Positions 13,191 to 24,800 of a stretch of DNA of 64,000 nt are shown here, piece after piece. The number at the start of each line of letters is the position of its first letter. The stretch's first letter is position 1. The notes under the pieces were generated by a model that saw only the letters and a program-made list of their open reading frames with translations, was not told the DNA's origin and made no database searches. The DNA is taken from assembly GCF_036321535.1 (NCBI RefSeq), contig NC_087436.1:104782001-104846000 (forward strand), given 5' to 3'. The translations under genes and the position numbers were made by a program. Source of the stretch: Camelus dromedarius (lineage: Eukaryota).

Positions 13191-13289
13191 GCGGGAAGGG
13201 TATAGCTTAGTTGTATGGTGTGTGCTTAGCATGCTCGAGGTCCTGGTTCAATTCCCAGCACCTCTGTTTAAATAAAGAAACAAACCTAA
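13191..13289 (+). mobile_element. tRNA-derived SINE (camelid Vic-1-like) in SMIM20 intron 1
   Basis: gggaagggtatagcttagttgtatggtgtgtgcttagcatgctcgaggtcctggttcaattcccagcacctc plus A-rich tail. 13-bp TSD gcacctgccacgt (13178-13190) / gcacctgccatgt (13290-13302). Confidence 0.85.
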
Positions 13290-14799
13290 GCACCTGCCAT
13301 GTAAGCAGGAAAATGCTCTTCCAAGGTCAGAATCATTTCTGCATCAAGTGATTTCTCGCAGCCCTGTTCCGGTTTGGGGTGGGAGGACAGAGGTAGGAGA
13401 ACTGGGGTCTCACGGCTCTTCTAATGTAACCTTTCTCTTTGCTGGCAGGCGCTTTCCCCTGTCCTAAATGCAGGTGAAAGAGGAAGTCATTAAGCAGCAG
13501 ACAAGGCCGGGGAGTTAGGGTGTAGCGTCTACCCAGCAATGAATATATGCTGAATGACCTTGGACAAGTCATCTAAGCGAGGAGACTGAATGAGCACCGG
13601 GTTTCTGGCAAAACCCTAGGATTTCATGCTCCTGCACATCTAACTAAAGTTAAAAATGAACAGGATCACAGAAGATGATCTTACTCTGCCTCATTTCATA
13701 GGTTGCCCTGAAATGGATGTTATTTTCAAAAGGCCACATTCAGGATCACTGTCTGGTTCTATGATGCTAAGACAAAAGGCAGATCAGGCTTCGAGTTACA
13801 GCACCTGTACCCTTCCCCAGACATGGGCTCTTCACACAAACCGTGCTGCGCCGATGGGGTGAAAGCTAAAAAGCACTGTCAGGGATTCCCTCCAGAGGCC
13901 CAGCACAACTGTCCCCATCCTTCTGGTTTGGGACCGCCGACTACCAATGCCAAAGGCCACCTCCCCAGTGTTCATTTCAGTACTGAGGTCTCACATGTCG
14001 AACTGACTATGTATTCCACCTGAAACCTGACTTGGTAAAGTCTGGCTGAGTTAGTGAAAGGGCTGAAGATCACACTGCACGTCAAAATGAAATCCAGTAC
14101 TACAATCTTGTGGTAGTGGCCTGCCTGCTTTTGAATCATGGAAGATCTCCTTGGCTTTCTTTTACGTAAGCAGTCTTCTGCCTCTTTTCTACTGCCTTGA
14201 CGCTTACTGCAGCAGGGGCCCGGGAACCTAACTGTCCCCATACCCAGGCTGGCCAGCATCAGTCAGGCTGGCCCAGCTGAAGGGTCTGCGCCGACGGGAC
14301 ACTTGGGCCCTACATGGCCTGGGTTCCTCCCTTGCCAGCCCCGCTCCCCTTCTCAAGGACTGGGTGTCTGCTCTGCCCTTCCAAGGACTCTGGGCTTCTC
14401 CTCAGTCCTCCTTGGAATAGAAATGTGTGAAGGATGCTCAGCAGAGGAAGACCCAACAAGAGAGGCTAAGGAGAGGCAGAAAGGCAGGAGCGAAAGAGCA
14501 AAGCCGGGAGTACTGGCGGAGGGGACGGTCACAAAGCCCAGGGGAGAGAGAGTCAAGGAGGGAGCGGCTGGCCGGGGGCCCTACCTCTCTCTTACTCATT
14601 GTTACCTGACCTCCTGTGTCACAAAGACAACAGAAGCCGCAACAACCGGGAAGTGCCTACAACTTGCCAACGTCACACCTACGTCTAGCTGGACCCACAC
14701 CCACCCTTCCTCCTGAGCTGGTGGAAGAGGTGCCCTGCCTTTGGTCCAAGGCTTCCTCTTCCATCTGATCTCAAGATCCCTGCCACCTCCCACTCTGTG

Positions 14800-15880
14800 G
14801 GTCATCTTCTCTCTCCAGCATCCTTCTCTATCTAGAGACTCTCTTGGGTCTCCCACTGCTCCCAGCCAAAACGAAAACAAAACTCCCCTGAGCTCCCTTG
14901 ATCTGCTGCAAATATAATTTGTCATTCTCCTCTCCATAGAGCCCAGTATCTTTAAATAGTCAACCTAATAAACTATTTAGTCTTCAGTCCCTTGCAATCT
15001 GCTTTCTGCTCACTACCACGCCACCGAAAGCATTCTTAACAAAACAGCCAATGAGCTTTACCTTCTTCTTGCTAAATCCAATGGATATTTTCACTTCTCA
15101 TCCTTTTCACTGTCTCCCAGCAGCCTAGCCCTGCTGACCACACACTTTTCATGAGGAGCTGTCTTTGTGGGACGTGTGACCACAGCCTCTTCTGGCTGTA
15201 ATTCTCTCTCCCCGGCCACTCCTTGTCAGTCTCTTCTGGGGGCCCTTCCTCCCTGACCGCTTGCTCTTCAGACCTTCACCTGCACCCTGCCCTGGACCAG
15301 CTGTCTTCCTCCACCTCTGAGTGCTGCCTGGGAGCCCTGCCCACCGCAGTGACTCTGCTTCCCCTCTGGTGCTGACAACACGCCACCTCTAGCTCCAGCT
15401 CAGATCCTGCGGCTCAGCTCCAGACTGGCCCATCCCATCACCCAGGGGAAGGCTCCAAGAGCACATCCGGGTGCCTAAAACTTGATACATCCAAAATTGA
15501 ATTAACTTGTCCTCTCATCCCCCCAAATCGATTCCTTCTTGTGTTTCTTAATGAGTAGTACCACCATCTCCTCAGCTGCTGGAGCCAGAAAGCTGGGTGC
15601 CAGTCTCATCCCCCTCTATCCCTCACCCTTGAGTGAATCAGTCACAAATCCCTGTAGAGGATTTATTTCTTAAGTATGGCTCCCAAATTCAGTACTCCTC
15701 CCGAGGCCCATAACCACTGCCACTCTGGTCAGTCACCTCTCCTGGATGCCAAGGGAAGCACACCCTTCCTGTACCTGGCCTTCTACCTCCAACCCTGACC
15801 CTTCCAGCCCCTCCAACACATACAGACAGAGGGAATCCGATCACCTTGCTCTGATTACAATACTTCAGTGATTCTCCACT
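14800..15880 (+). mobile_element. L2 LINE fragment
   Basis: Pyrimidine-rich; gctaaatccaatggatattttcac; tccaaaattgaatt; ggagccagaaagctgggtgccagtctc; aatcagtcacaaatcctgt. Confidence 0.65.
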
Positions 15881-16129
15881 GGCTGGACTCTGAGGACAGC
15901 AGAGGGTTATTGAAGTATTTTAAACAAGCAAGTGAGATGATCAAATTCAAAGAACAAATAGCACGACGGTCGACTTCTCAACAGCCACAGCAAAAGACCT
16001 GGAGTTCTACACTGACACACAAGAGTGGATTTTCCCAGTTACAATTTCTCATCAAAGAAATATAAACAGATGTATTTCAGAATGGAGAAAACTGAAACTA
16101 GAAAGGAGTGAGATAAAAGAAGGATCAGT

Positions 16130-16990
16130 GAGTAAAGAATGAGGGTAAAGAGAGACAATCAGTGCCTGTGTAAAACGCTGGTGGTACTAAGTGATTTGGG
16201 GAGCCACAAACACCAGGCAGGGTGAGCGGGGCACATGGGACGGGGCTGCCGCATCCTCAGGTCTTTGTATATTTCACAGGAGGTGAAGGTATTGACTAAC
16301 TTTAAACTGTAATCACAATGGAAGAAAAATACAATGTAAAACTTTCAAACTAGTAGAGTGGGAGAAATTAAACAAAGAAGGCTTGCAGGCAGAAATGGAG
16401 AAAAGAAGGGAGTAGAGAAACAGAAGAATAAATAGAAAACACAAGACAAGGAAAATAAATGTAAATATATCAGTAAACATAAGTGAAAATGATTCCAATC
16501 TAACAGTTAAAAAAGATGATCAGATTGGATTTTTTAAAAATCCCAGTTTAGGGTGGTTATAAGACTTAAGGACAAATAAAGGCTAAATATAAGAGTGTAT
16601 ATACACACACACACACCAGGAAAACACTAACCAACAGAAAACTGGTAACGATGATAGTATCAGATAAAACAGAGTTGGGGAGGAGTATTAGGGGTAAAAA
16701 GGACTCTTACATAATGATAATCGAAAAAATTCTCCAGAATATTCTAGATTGTGTGCACTGAATAATATGGCCTCAAGATATCTAAGTAACAGAATTAAGA
16801 AGCTTGTTCTGAAACCGTCACAGACAGAACTCTGTACCCCAAACCGAGAGGACATACATCATTCCCAGCACACAAGGAACATTTGCAAAAATTGACTTGT
16901 ACCAAGTCACAAAGCAAATCTTGACCAACATCAAAGAGTCAAAATCATAGTCTGAATTCTTTGACCCCAAATGAAAAGAAGGTAGATCAG
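16130..16990 (+). mobile_element. Degenerate L1M inter-ORF/ORF2 endonuclease-region fragment
   Basis: A-rich; caggaaaacactaaccaacagaaaactgg...atcagataaaacagagtt...tacataatgataa; cacacaaggaacatttgcaaaaattgac...cacaaagcaaatctt. No intact ORF. Confidence 0.65.
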
Positions 16991-17419
16991 CAACAACAAA
17001 GCAGCTAGGAAGACCCCCGTGGCTGCTGGGTAGAGAGAGGGTGGTCGCGGGGGCCTAGTGGAGCAGGGAGACCAGCTCAGAGTTCGAGGACTGGGCAAGG
17101 GTGGGGACAGTGACATGAAAGAAGAGCTCTGACCATCTTGTCCAGTCATATACATCCAGCATCTAACACAGTGCCAGATACATAGCAACTGCTAAAATTC
17201 GGGTTTTAAAAAAATGAAAAGGAAGCTAAACAAATGCTAGTTGAATGTGTCAAAGTGAACTGAAGCTCTGTCCTCACAGCGGGTTCCCATGACCCAGTCA
17301 CTAATGCCTCACCTGATGGGACCTCAGTTTACTGCCAGGTCAGCCAGCTTTGGGTCTGTCCACCTGTTTAAATCCCCTTGTCTCATTTCCCTGCCCCTGT
17401 GGCTCCTTATTTTTGAAAT

Positions 17420-17875
17420 GTTTTTATGCGATGCCTAACATAAGACAAAGTGTTTCCACATCTGTTATCTCATTTAATTCTCTCCAAAACCTGTACATTC
17501 GGTTCTGCTAATTCCACTGTTACAGATGAGGAAAAAGGCCAGGCTCAGAAAGGTTAAGTAACTCACCTTAAGATCCTCATCTAGTAAAGGATTTAGACCC
17601 TCATCTAACTTATTCTCACCCTCTTAGAAAGGCAGCATGGTTCCCTGGTGTAGCGATTTAGGACACTGTTCAAATTCCAGATCTGTGACTCATCGGCTGG
17701 GGGTCCCTGTGCAAGGTAACTATTCCTACCTTAGTCTGTCCACATGCAAAATGGGGATGATGATCCCATAGCAACTACCATACACAGTTGTTATGAGAAC
17801 CAAATGAGTTAATATATATGAAGTGCATGGAAGAGTGTCAGACATACAATAAGCTTTCAATAAACATTAGCTGTT
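17420..17875. mobile_element. Two adjacent, oppositely oriented MIR SINEs
   Basis: MIR core ttacagatgaggaaa...ggctcagaaaggttaagtaactc (about 17520-17565), then the opposite-sense caaaatggggatgatga...gttgttatgagaaccaaatgagttaatatatatgaagtgc (about 17750-17830). Confidence 0.75.
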
Positions 17876-18136
17876 TTGTGTCATTTACCCATTTAAGGTA
17901 TCAATTACAACTCTCAGATAAAAGTTGTCCAAATTAAAATTGAACCAGGAATGTGGGCAGGTGTAGATCATCTTATAGTTAAAAATGCAGCTATTGTAGC
18001 CACGAGCACTAAACGTTCACTTAAAAGGCCTAATTTGTCTGTCTCAGGGTGACTCACTCAACTACGGACTCTGGACTAGCCCTGTAAGACTGCTGTTGGG
18101 AGACACAGCACAGACGCCTTGATATTCTGACCAGGG

Positions 18137-18373
18137 CAGGGTTTCTCAAGCTCAGGGCTGATCACATTTTGGGCTGGGTAATTCTTTGTCATGAGCGGGC
18201 TGTCCCGTTGCACTGCATAAAGTTTAGCAGCAACCCCGGCCTCTACGCACTAGATGTTAGTAGCACACCCATCCCACCCCACCCATTTTGTGACAAGCAA
18301 AAATGTCTCCAGATAGAACCAAATGTCCCCTGGGGAGCAGGGGGACAAAAATCATCCCCAGTTGAGAGCCAGC
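18137..18373. mobile_element. MER20 (hAT-Charlie)
   Basis: cagggtttctcaa...ttttgggctgggtaattctttgtc...gtttagcagcaaccccggcctctacgcactagatg...aaaaatgtctccaga...ccaaatgtcccctgggg...gttgagagcc. Confidence 0.85.
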
Positions 18374-19194
18374 TCTAGTCTTCACAACTAAAACTTTTCT
18401 AGTGGGATCCCAAGCAGACTCCCTTGTCCCCAGTTCAACTCTAGAGGTTGTAATAAAATAGCCTGGAGCAGGGATCCAGTACCCAGGGGTAATGTAGATA
18501 GATTATTCAGGGCTTCACACAGTCCCATGTTCACCCCCACGCATGGTGCATGGAGATAGGCTGGAAGGCAGAATGCAGAGGCCATTTCAATCCTGGCTAC
18601 AAGGAAATTTTAGTGTGTACTTAAAACACTCTGCCTCAGAAACCAAATGTAGCATTTGTAACGGGCAGAACATTTACACGGAGCTTTCGCCTTCAAATCA
18701 CCAAGCTCTCAGCCTCCGCTAATACTCTCAAGGGGCAGGTTTGGCCCCCTTCCATCTTCAAGATGATTCAGGTTTCGTGGAGAACAAAATGAGCCTCTAA
18801 TGCCTTATATTTTCTCTCTGACAGATGGTTTCAGATGTATCAAAGTGCTAATCCTTGCTGAGGTATAGGTCTCAGGGAAGGAGAGTTTGGCTTTTCGAAT
18901 GATAGGACTTGAATGATTAAGGAAGAAAATTACTCCCAGGATATTCACCATTGTCATATGAGCAACCAGATTAAAAATGAAGGAAGACAGCAGAATCTGA
19001 AAAAAGATTTGAGGAGAAAGGAGTGGAAAAACTCAAAACCCAGGTTAACAGTTTAGGTTTGAAACATTTCCACTCAAAGACATCTTTGGGAGTGGAAATG
19101 AAGTGCAATAAAAACACCTTCAAGTTCAAGATTAATTAAGGCCCATTCCCACATCACCATTCCCATCTTCAGTGTGTGAAATTATGTCTGGAGA

Positions 19195-19570
19195 CAGAGG
19201 CTGGACTTGGAATATTTGTCTTGCCCCATTTACCAGCTGTGTGACCTTGGGCATGTTATACAACCTCTCTGAGCCTCAATTTCCCCACCTGTAAAACAGA
19301 TAATACCTACCTCAAAGTAAGCTTGTGTAAATTAAACGATCCAGTGTTTGCCTTACGAGACTACATAAGCCTTCAGTGAATGTCACTGAGTATAAACTAG
19401 TATTTAGTGTTGACCTACTCTGTGAAATTTTTGAGTCTCACCGGAGAATAGATGGTTTTATATTAAGGTACTGTAGAAACAGATAACTACTGATGAGGAT
19501 GTTGGGGGTCCGAGAGGTTGTCCAAGGTCACACAAAGGGGCACATAGTGGGATTCGACCCCGCGTCTCCC
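19195..19570. mobile_element. Pair of MIR fragments at the start of SMIM20 intron 1
   Basis: taccagctgtgtgaccttgggcatgttatacaacctctctgagcctcaatttccccacctgtaaaa (19231-19296); opposite-sense gagaggttgtccaaggtcacaca...gggattcgaccc (19512-19560). Confidence 0.75.
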
Positions 19571-20110
19571 TGACTCGCCAGCCACCTCTCTCCATAGCCC
19601 CACGTGGAAAGGACGAAGGGAAGTGGGGGAGTTACTGGAGCCAGGCCACCACGCGGAGTCAGAGGTCACTCACGGTACTCTTCTAGCCGCATTAGAGGCC
19701 GGAAGTAGATGGGGTAGAAGGCGGCGCCGATCAGGGAGATGAAGCCGCCGAAAATGAAAGCGGTGCGTAGGTTCGGGGACATGGCTACAGCCAGGGGCTG
19801 CCCTGACCCGCTGAGCACCCCGCACTCTCGGAATTCAGACTCACGCCGGCTAGGTCGTGACCCCGCTCGGAGGAAGAGTACCGGCTTTCGCTTCCGGGCC
19901 TTGGAGGCGGGGCTAGGAGGAGGGGCGGGGATGGGGCGGAGCGAGGTTGGGGCAGGGGTGGAACCAGAGGCGGGGCCTAGGGGCTGGGTGGAGCTAGGGC
20001 GGGGCGGGGGCGGGGCGGGGGCGGGGCCTGGGACCCGGGGCACTGCCTCCCCGGCGCTCCCTGACTGCGCGCTGCACTGGGCGAGCGCCGGCTGCGATTT
20101 GAATGTGGAC
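19550..20110 (-). promoter_or_regulatory. SMIM20 CpG island and TATA-less promoter
   Basis: Dense CpG. ETS/GABP-type CCGGAAG on the minus strand at 19897-19891. Many GGGGCGGGG Sp/KLF boxes at 19905-20030. No TATA box seen. Confidence 0.9.
19674..19782 (-). CDS. SMIM20: SMIM20 coding exon 1 (109 nt): [36 protein letters not shown] + 1 nt; contains the transmembrane segment
   Basis: ATG at 19782-19780 in context GTAGCCATGT. Translation is near-identical to the recalled human SMIM20 N-terminus ([36 protein letters not shown]). Ends at donor C|GTGAGT (GT at 19673-19672). Lies in a CpG island. Confidence 0.97.
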
Positions 20111-21399
20111 CTTTACTGCTCTCTGTTCCCTGTTCTGCCCGCTCAACCTGGTTCTCCTCTTAGCCGCTCCACCAACCACTCTTCAGACCTCGTTTAGCAC
20201 TGCCTTCATTACCAACCACGCTTTTTCGTTCTTCCCCCTTTGATTTGATTTTAGTGACTACACCGTTAGGTGGAGGCTCTCTATGGCTGGCTGATTTAAT
20301 CCTCATATCATTTACAAGTGAGGGAATCCTGGCTTGGCTGCTCAGATTTGGGCCCAAAGGGCGGTTTGAGGGTATTAGAGACAACGGTGCAAATCGCCAG
20401 GCCCAAGATGGCCTGCAGGGAATTCTGAAATCGGAGCCAGAGGGGCTCCTGAATCGAGACTAGCCTGGGAGGAATGTTGTTTCAACATCCAAGCTACAAG
20501 TAGATCTTTTCTGACTCCGATTTTCCATTCCCTCCTCTCTCCCTCTTCCCTTTGCTGAATGTCAGGGTTATGAAGCACAGTGGGGAGTAAATAGAGATCA
20601 GTGCAGGGCAGGGAGCCTGGGGTGGAAACCACCGAGGACAGACACCTTCTTCCTCTTCCTAGGATCGCCATCCTCCGTGCTTCTAGGTGGGCTGCTGCAG
20701 TATAAGACCTGCCCCTTCCCCGGCCCAGGGGTACTGGGCAGCTGAGACCAAGATTCCCTAGGCTTTCACTCAACCCTTTGTAAATAAGAATGCTACCAGC
20801 AGCCGGGAGCTGGGGAACAAAGACGACCCCAGAAAATCTTGACACCCCCCAACATCGTTATTTAGTCCAGAAAATGGTGCAGAGGACACAGATTTCCTCT
20901 TTCTCTGTAGTTTTGCAGTTGAGTCAGGCTACTATTTACCTTCGTGGTTCCAGGAGCTTATAAATCAGGTATTTGAACTGTCAGCCGATTTATAGACTGT
21001 CTGCTGTGCCCCAAACGCCAGGCAAAGTGCTATGGGGGATACAAAGATGAATAAGACGTGACCCTTGCTCTCCAGGATCCTGCCATGTGGCCAAAGAGAC
21101 AGGACATATACATAAAAAGATAACTAATGACCGGACGCAGCCTATTGCTGATGAGTGATACGGTCCTGCGGGCTACAGAAGTTCAGAGGAGGAAGACAGA
21201 TGACTGTAGGGTGAGACAGCTGCTCCGCGGGCACTGCAGGAGCTTGTTAGGGTGAGGACAGAAGCCTTTATAGCAAAGAGGGAAGCTGCGATGCGTGCTT
21301 TATATCACCTGATCTGAAAATCTCAAGCGTTCTGTGCATTTGTCATTTTAGCCACCCAGCAGCCCTTTCTCTTTCTGTTAATAGTATTCCAGATATCTT

Positions 21400-21865
21400 T
21401 CATTCCTCTCCTCTACCATTCTTAATCTGTGAGGTAAACGGGGGCTTCACCCCCTGCCCTACTCCTGACTCTTTCCCAGCTCTGGGGGTTAAGCATATAA
21501 TCAAACCTGACCAAGCTCCCTCTCTCATCACAGAGATTGATTGGCACTGGACCCAGGCCTGATTGTCCAATGGGGCTGCATCTTTCTGGCCAAATGACCC
21601 ATGCTCAGCCAACCATAGTCTATCCCAGCTGCTGGAAAGCTGGATTTGAACCTGAAGGGATGAGACTCTGGAACTGCAGGGGACCACCATTTAGAGATGG
21701 AGAATGAGGACAGTAGAGCAGAGGGAGAGCTGAGAGATGGGGAGAAATCAGATACTGACATACATTTGAGCCCTGAAGCCAGTTGTGCCTGAATTTCTCA
21801 GTAACACGAACCAATAAAGTCCCCTCTTCACTGAAGCCACTTTGAGTTGGGTTCTGTCTTTTAAA
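21400..21865 (+). mobile_element. Old MaLR/ERVL-type LTR
   Basis: Ends in ccaataaagtcccctcttcactgaagccactttgagttgggttctgtc, a typical MLT1J/K-like LTR 3' end with poly(A) signal. Confidence 0.6.
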
Positions 21866-24800
21866 ACAGAAGGAGTTCCAGATGAAATCACCATGGGTGT
21901 GACTGCATTTGCTCAACACCTCCATGAGCTCCAAGTCGGAAATTACCCTATTTTTTAGATCAGGTCACTGAGAGCCAGAGACCGCACACCATTGGCTGAG
22001 CCAGGACCAGGGCTGAACTCTGATGATTCCTAATCTGGTGTGCTCCTCCGTGACATCTTACTAGTTCCATGATCAAGCTTGGCAGATGGCTGGCTGAGCC
22101 CTAGCCTCAGAGGCTCCGAAAGCCAGTACAGAGAATGCCGGGATGTCCTCATGAGGTACCAATAGTGCCTCCGTGGCAGGGACCCCACCAATGTGGGACA
22201 GGTGAGCCACCCCCTCTCCAGGGTGATGTGGAAAGTAACGTGGTTTCTCTGCCCCTCATGCTGATCTAGAGGTTTTAGTCTGGCCAGCAGCCAGCCTATA
22301 ATCTATACAAACACAATAATCTATACCAACGGCATAGCCCATCTATAGCTTATTAGCATCATCCTACTCAAACTAGTTACCTATCACTTGCCTGCAACTG
22401 AGTCCTACCAAATACAAGTTCATCTTTTTGATCCCAGTGTTCCCCCCTTTCTTGACTATCCCACCGACCTATAGATTCAATCAGCAAATACAAAGCACTG
22501 TGCTAGTTGATTAGGAACATAGAAGGGAAGTGGTCAACATTTGCGTGTTTGACAAAGGTTCACTGAGCCCAGCACTTTTCCGGCCCTCTTGGATGCGGCA
22601 GTGAATTAACAGGAGGGTCTGTTGTCCTCAAGGTAACTACAGTCTGGTGGAAGGATAAGATGTTGGCTGTAGATAGTCATTTTGGACACTCGGCCTTCCC
22701 TAATAATAGCTCCTGATTCCTTTCAGAGAATGACCTCTCGTCTTGGCATTCTTGGCTGGGGCCCTGGGCATTCCTAGCAGTACTGATATCAAGGCTGTAG
22801 GACACTTCCCCTGTGCCGACCACTATCACAGGTTTACCTGGTGAGTACTCACCAGTCCCCGTGGGTAGGCATCCCCACTTTCAGAGAGAGAAGCTGAGGC
22901 ATAGCAAAATGACTAGCTCAAGGTCACACGGCTAGTAAGTGGCAGAGCCTGGATTCAGATCCAGACTGGCTCCAAACACCTGCTCTTACCACCAGTCTAA
23001 ACTGCCTCACAAAGTCAGTGAGCTCACCATGTCTGAATATGGGTTCAATTCCAACTGGGCCCAATTGTTCTTTTTCTCCCAGAAGTAAGAATCATGAGGA
23101 CAGCGACACAAGGACAGACAGCACAGTTGCAGTGGATTTCTTCCATTGCAAATGTCCTGGTACGATGATTGCCTAGCTCCTGCTTGCCTGTGATCCCGGA
23201 GCTTCCCTCGTTCCCCCTTGCAGTCTGGTTCTCAGCTGTTCATTGTATTCTATAAGCCACCCCGTATGATTCCGGTAAACTCCCTTTGGACTTCAGTTAG
23301 AGTATGTTTCGGTTGCGTACCACTAGGCGCCCTAACAGATAAGGAAATTTCCATAATTACCTCCAACACATGGCATGGCTGAAGGGCTTGGGGCTTCATA
23401 GCTGTGCTAATGTTTGCGAATGCTGCAGGAGGTTTGGGTCTGGAAGGTATTCGTGCAGAGGGAGAGACAGCTCAAGGGACGTAGGGAGACAGGATGCAAA
23501 TCAAATATGTTAGGAGTCCTAGGGTGCATATTTTCATCTCAATCACCGAGATAAAAAATTGGTTTGGGCTTCTATCCGGCACTTTCTCCGTCTTCCCTTG
23601 GATGTGAAGATTGACTGCTTGCAGGAAGGGGACCACCAGTGGTGTCTCACACAAGGTTCAGACAGACATCAAAGTTAATCCACTCTCTGATCTAAGCAAA
23701 ATGTGATGAGGGTTTCCTGGGACAGCAGCTCTACTAATTGTGGCACTGCAGCTGATGTATTTTTAGACTATTGTGGATTCCCAAGAAGGATCATTACCTT
23801 CTGCGGGAAATTAGGCAGACTAGAAACTTGGCGTTTGGAGCAGCATGGGATGTAATGCAGGACCCTCTGGACCCTGTGCTTTTGAGAATATGAGAGTGAG
23901 CCAGGGAAATGCTTCCCTATTTTTCTTGGGCACTGTGAGTCTCTGAGTCTCTACCCATCTGCATAAATATTTCCCATTTAAATCACTTGTTTAAGTTTTT
24001 CTTCTTTGACCTGTTCTTTATATCCGAGAGATTCCCCCCAAATGTCCAGCCCACAATTTTAACTAATGTCTTTATGACTTCCGGTGTCTGGACCCAGCCT
24101 TTCTGCTAAACCCCAGCCTCCTGTGCCTGATGGCCATCTTCAGCTTCCACACCCACTTGCTCCTGCTCCCTCCACCTCACTTTCACGGCCACTGGCTTGC
24201 TTCGAGGACGTGTCCGCTCGTTTTCACCACGGCTGCCCAACTGTCTTGAACTTGTTATCCTCTTAGTGACATCCTCAGTCAGTAAGCTATCTCACTCATG
24301 GGGCAACCAAAGGTAACTTTGGAAACCACAGATCTGGTCAATCACTGATCTTCTCAGAAGCCTTTGGTGTCTTTCTAAAGTATGGATTATTCATCCTGGA
24401 CCCCAGGTTCTGGTCAGCAGGCCACTAAAGGTCACTGCTGCATCCATGTGCTCCAACTGAGCGAAAGACTAATGCTCGAGGTCTTGGCTGCCAAGCTCTG
24501 TGCCCGTGGCTGCAGCTGATTGAATCAGCATGGGCATAAGACCCCAAATCTCTGCCAAGCGGGGAATGGGCTGACCCAATCAGACTTTTTGCCTCTGGAA
24601 TTTTAGCTGGAAAGTCAGGCTTGAGAGGTTGACAGAGGGAGCAGATGCACAGGGAGAGGTGGTAGCAACACGAGGGGAGCTGTGAGTCAGCCATGGTGAT
24701 GAGTCAGCAGAAGCTGGGAGAGAAACGCTGGGCTGAGTAGATGGGGGAGGAATTGCCTGGGAAGAGCAGGAAGCAGAGAATGGAGGAGAGTGAAAATGAA

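Noticed and set aside
19739..20197. 152-aa plus-strand ORF antisense to SMIM20 exon 1
   Set aside because: Gly/Arg-rich translation of the GC-box array; its ATG lies on the wrong side of the promoter for a divergent transcript; no coding hallmarks.
23492..23506. 15-mer ggatgcaaatcaaat shared with 63417-63431
   Set aside because: About two such matches are expected by chance among all position pairs in 64 kb.
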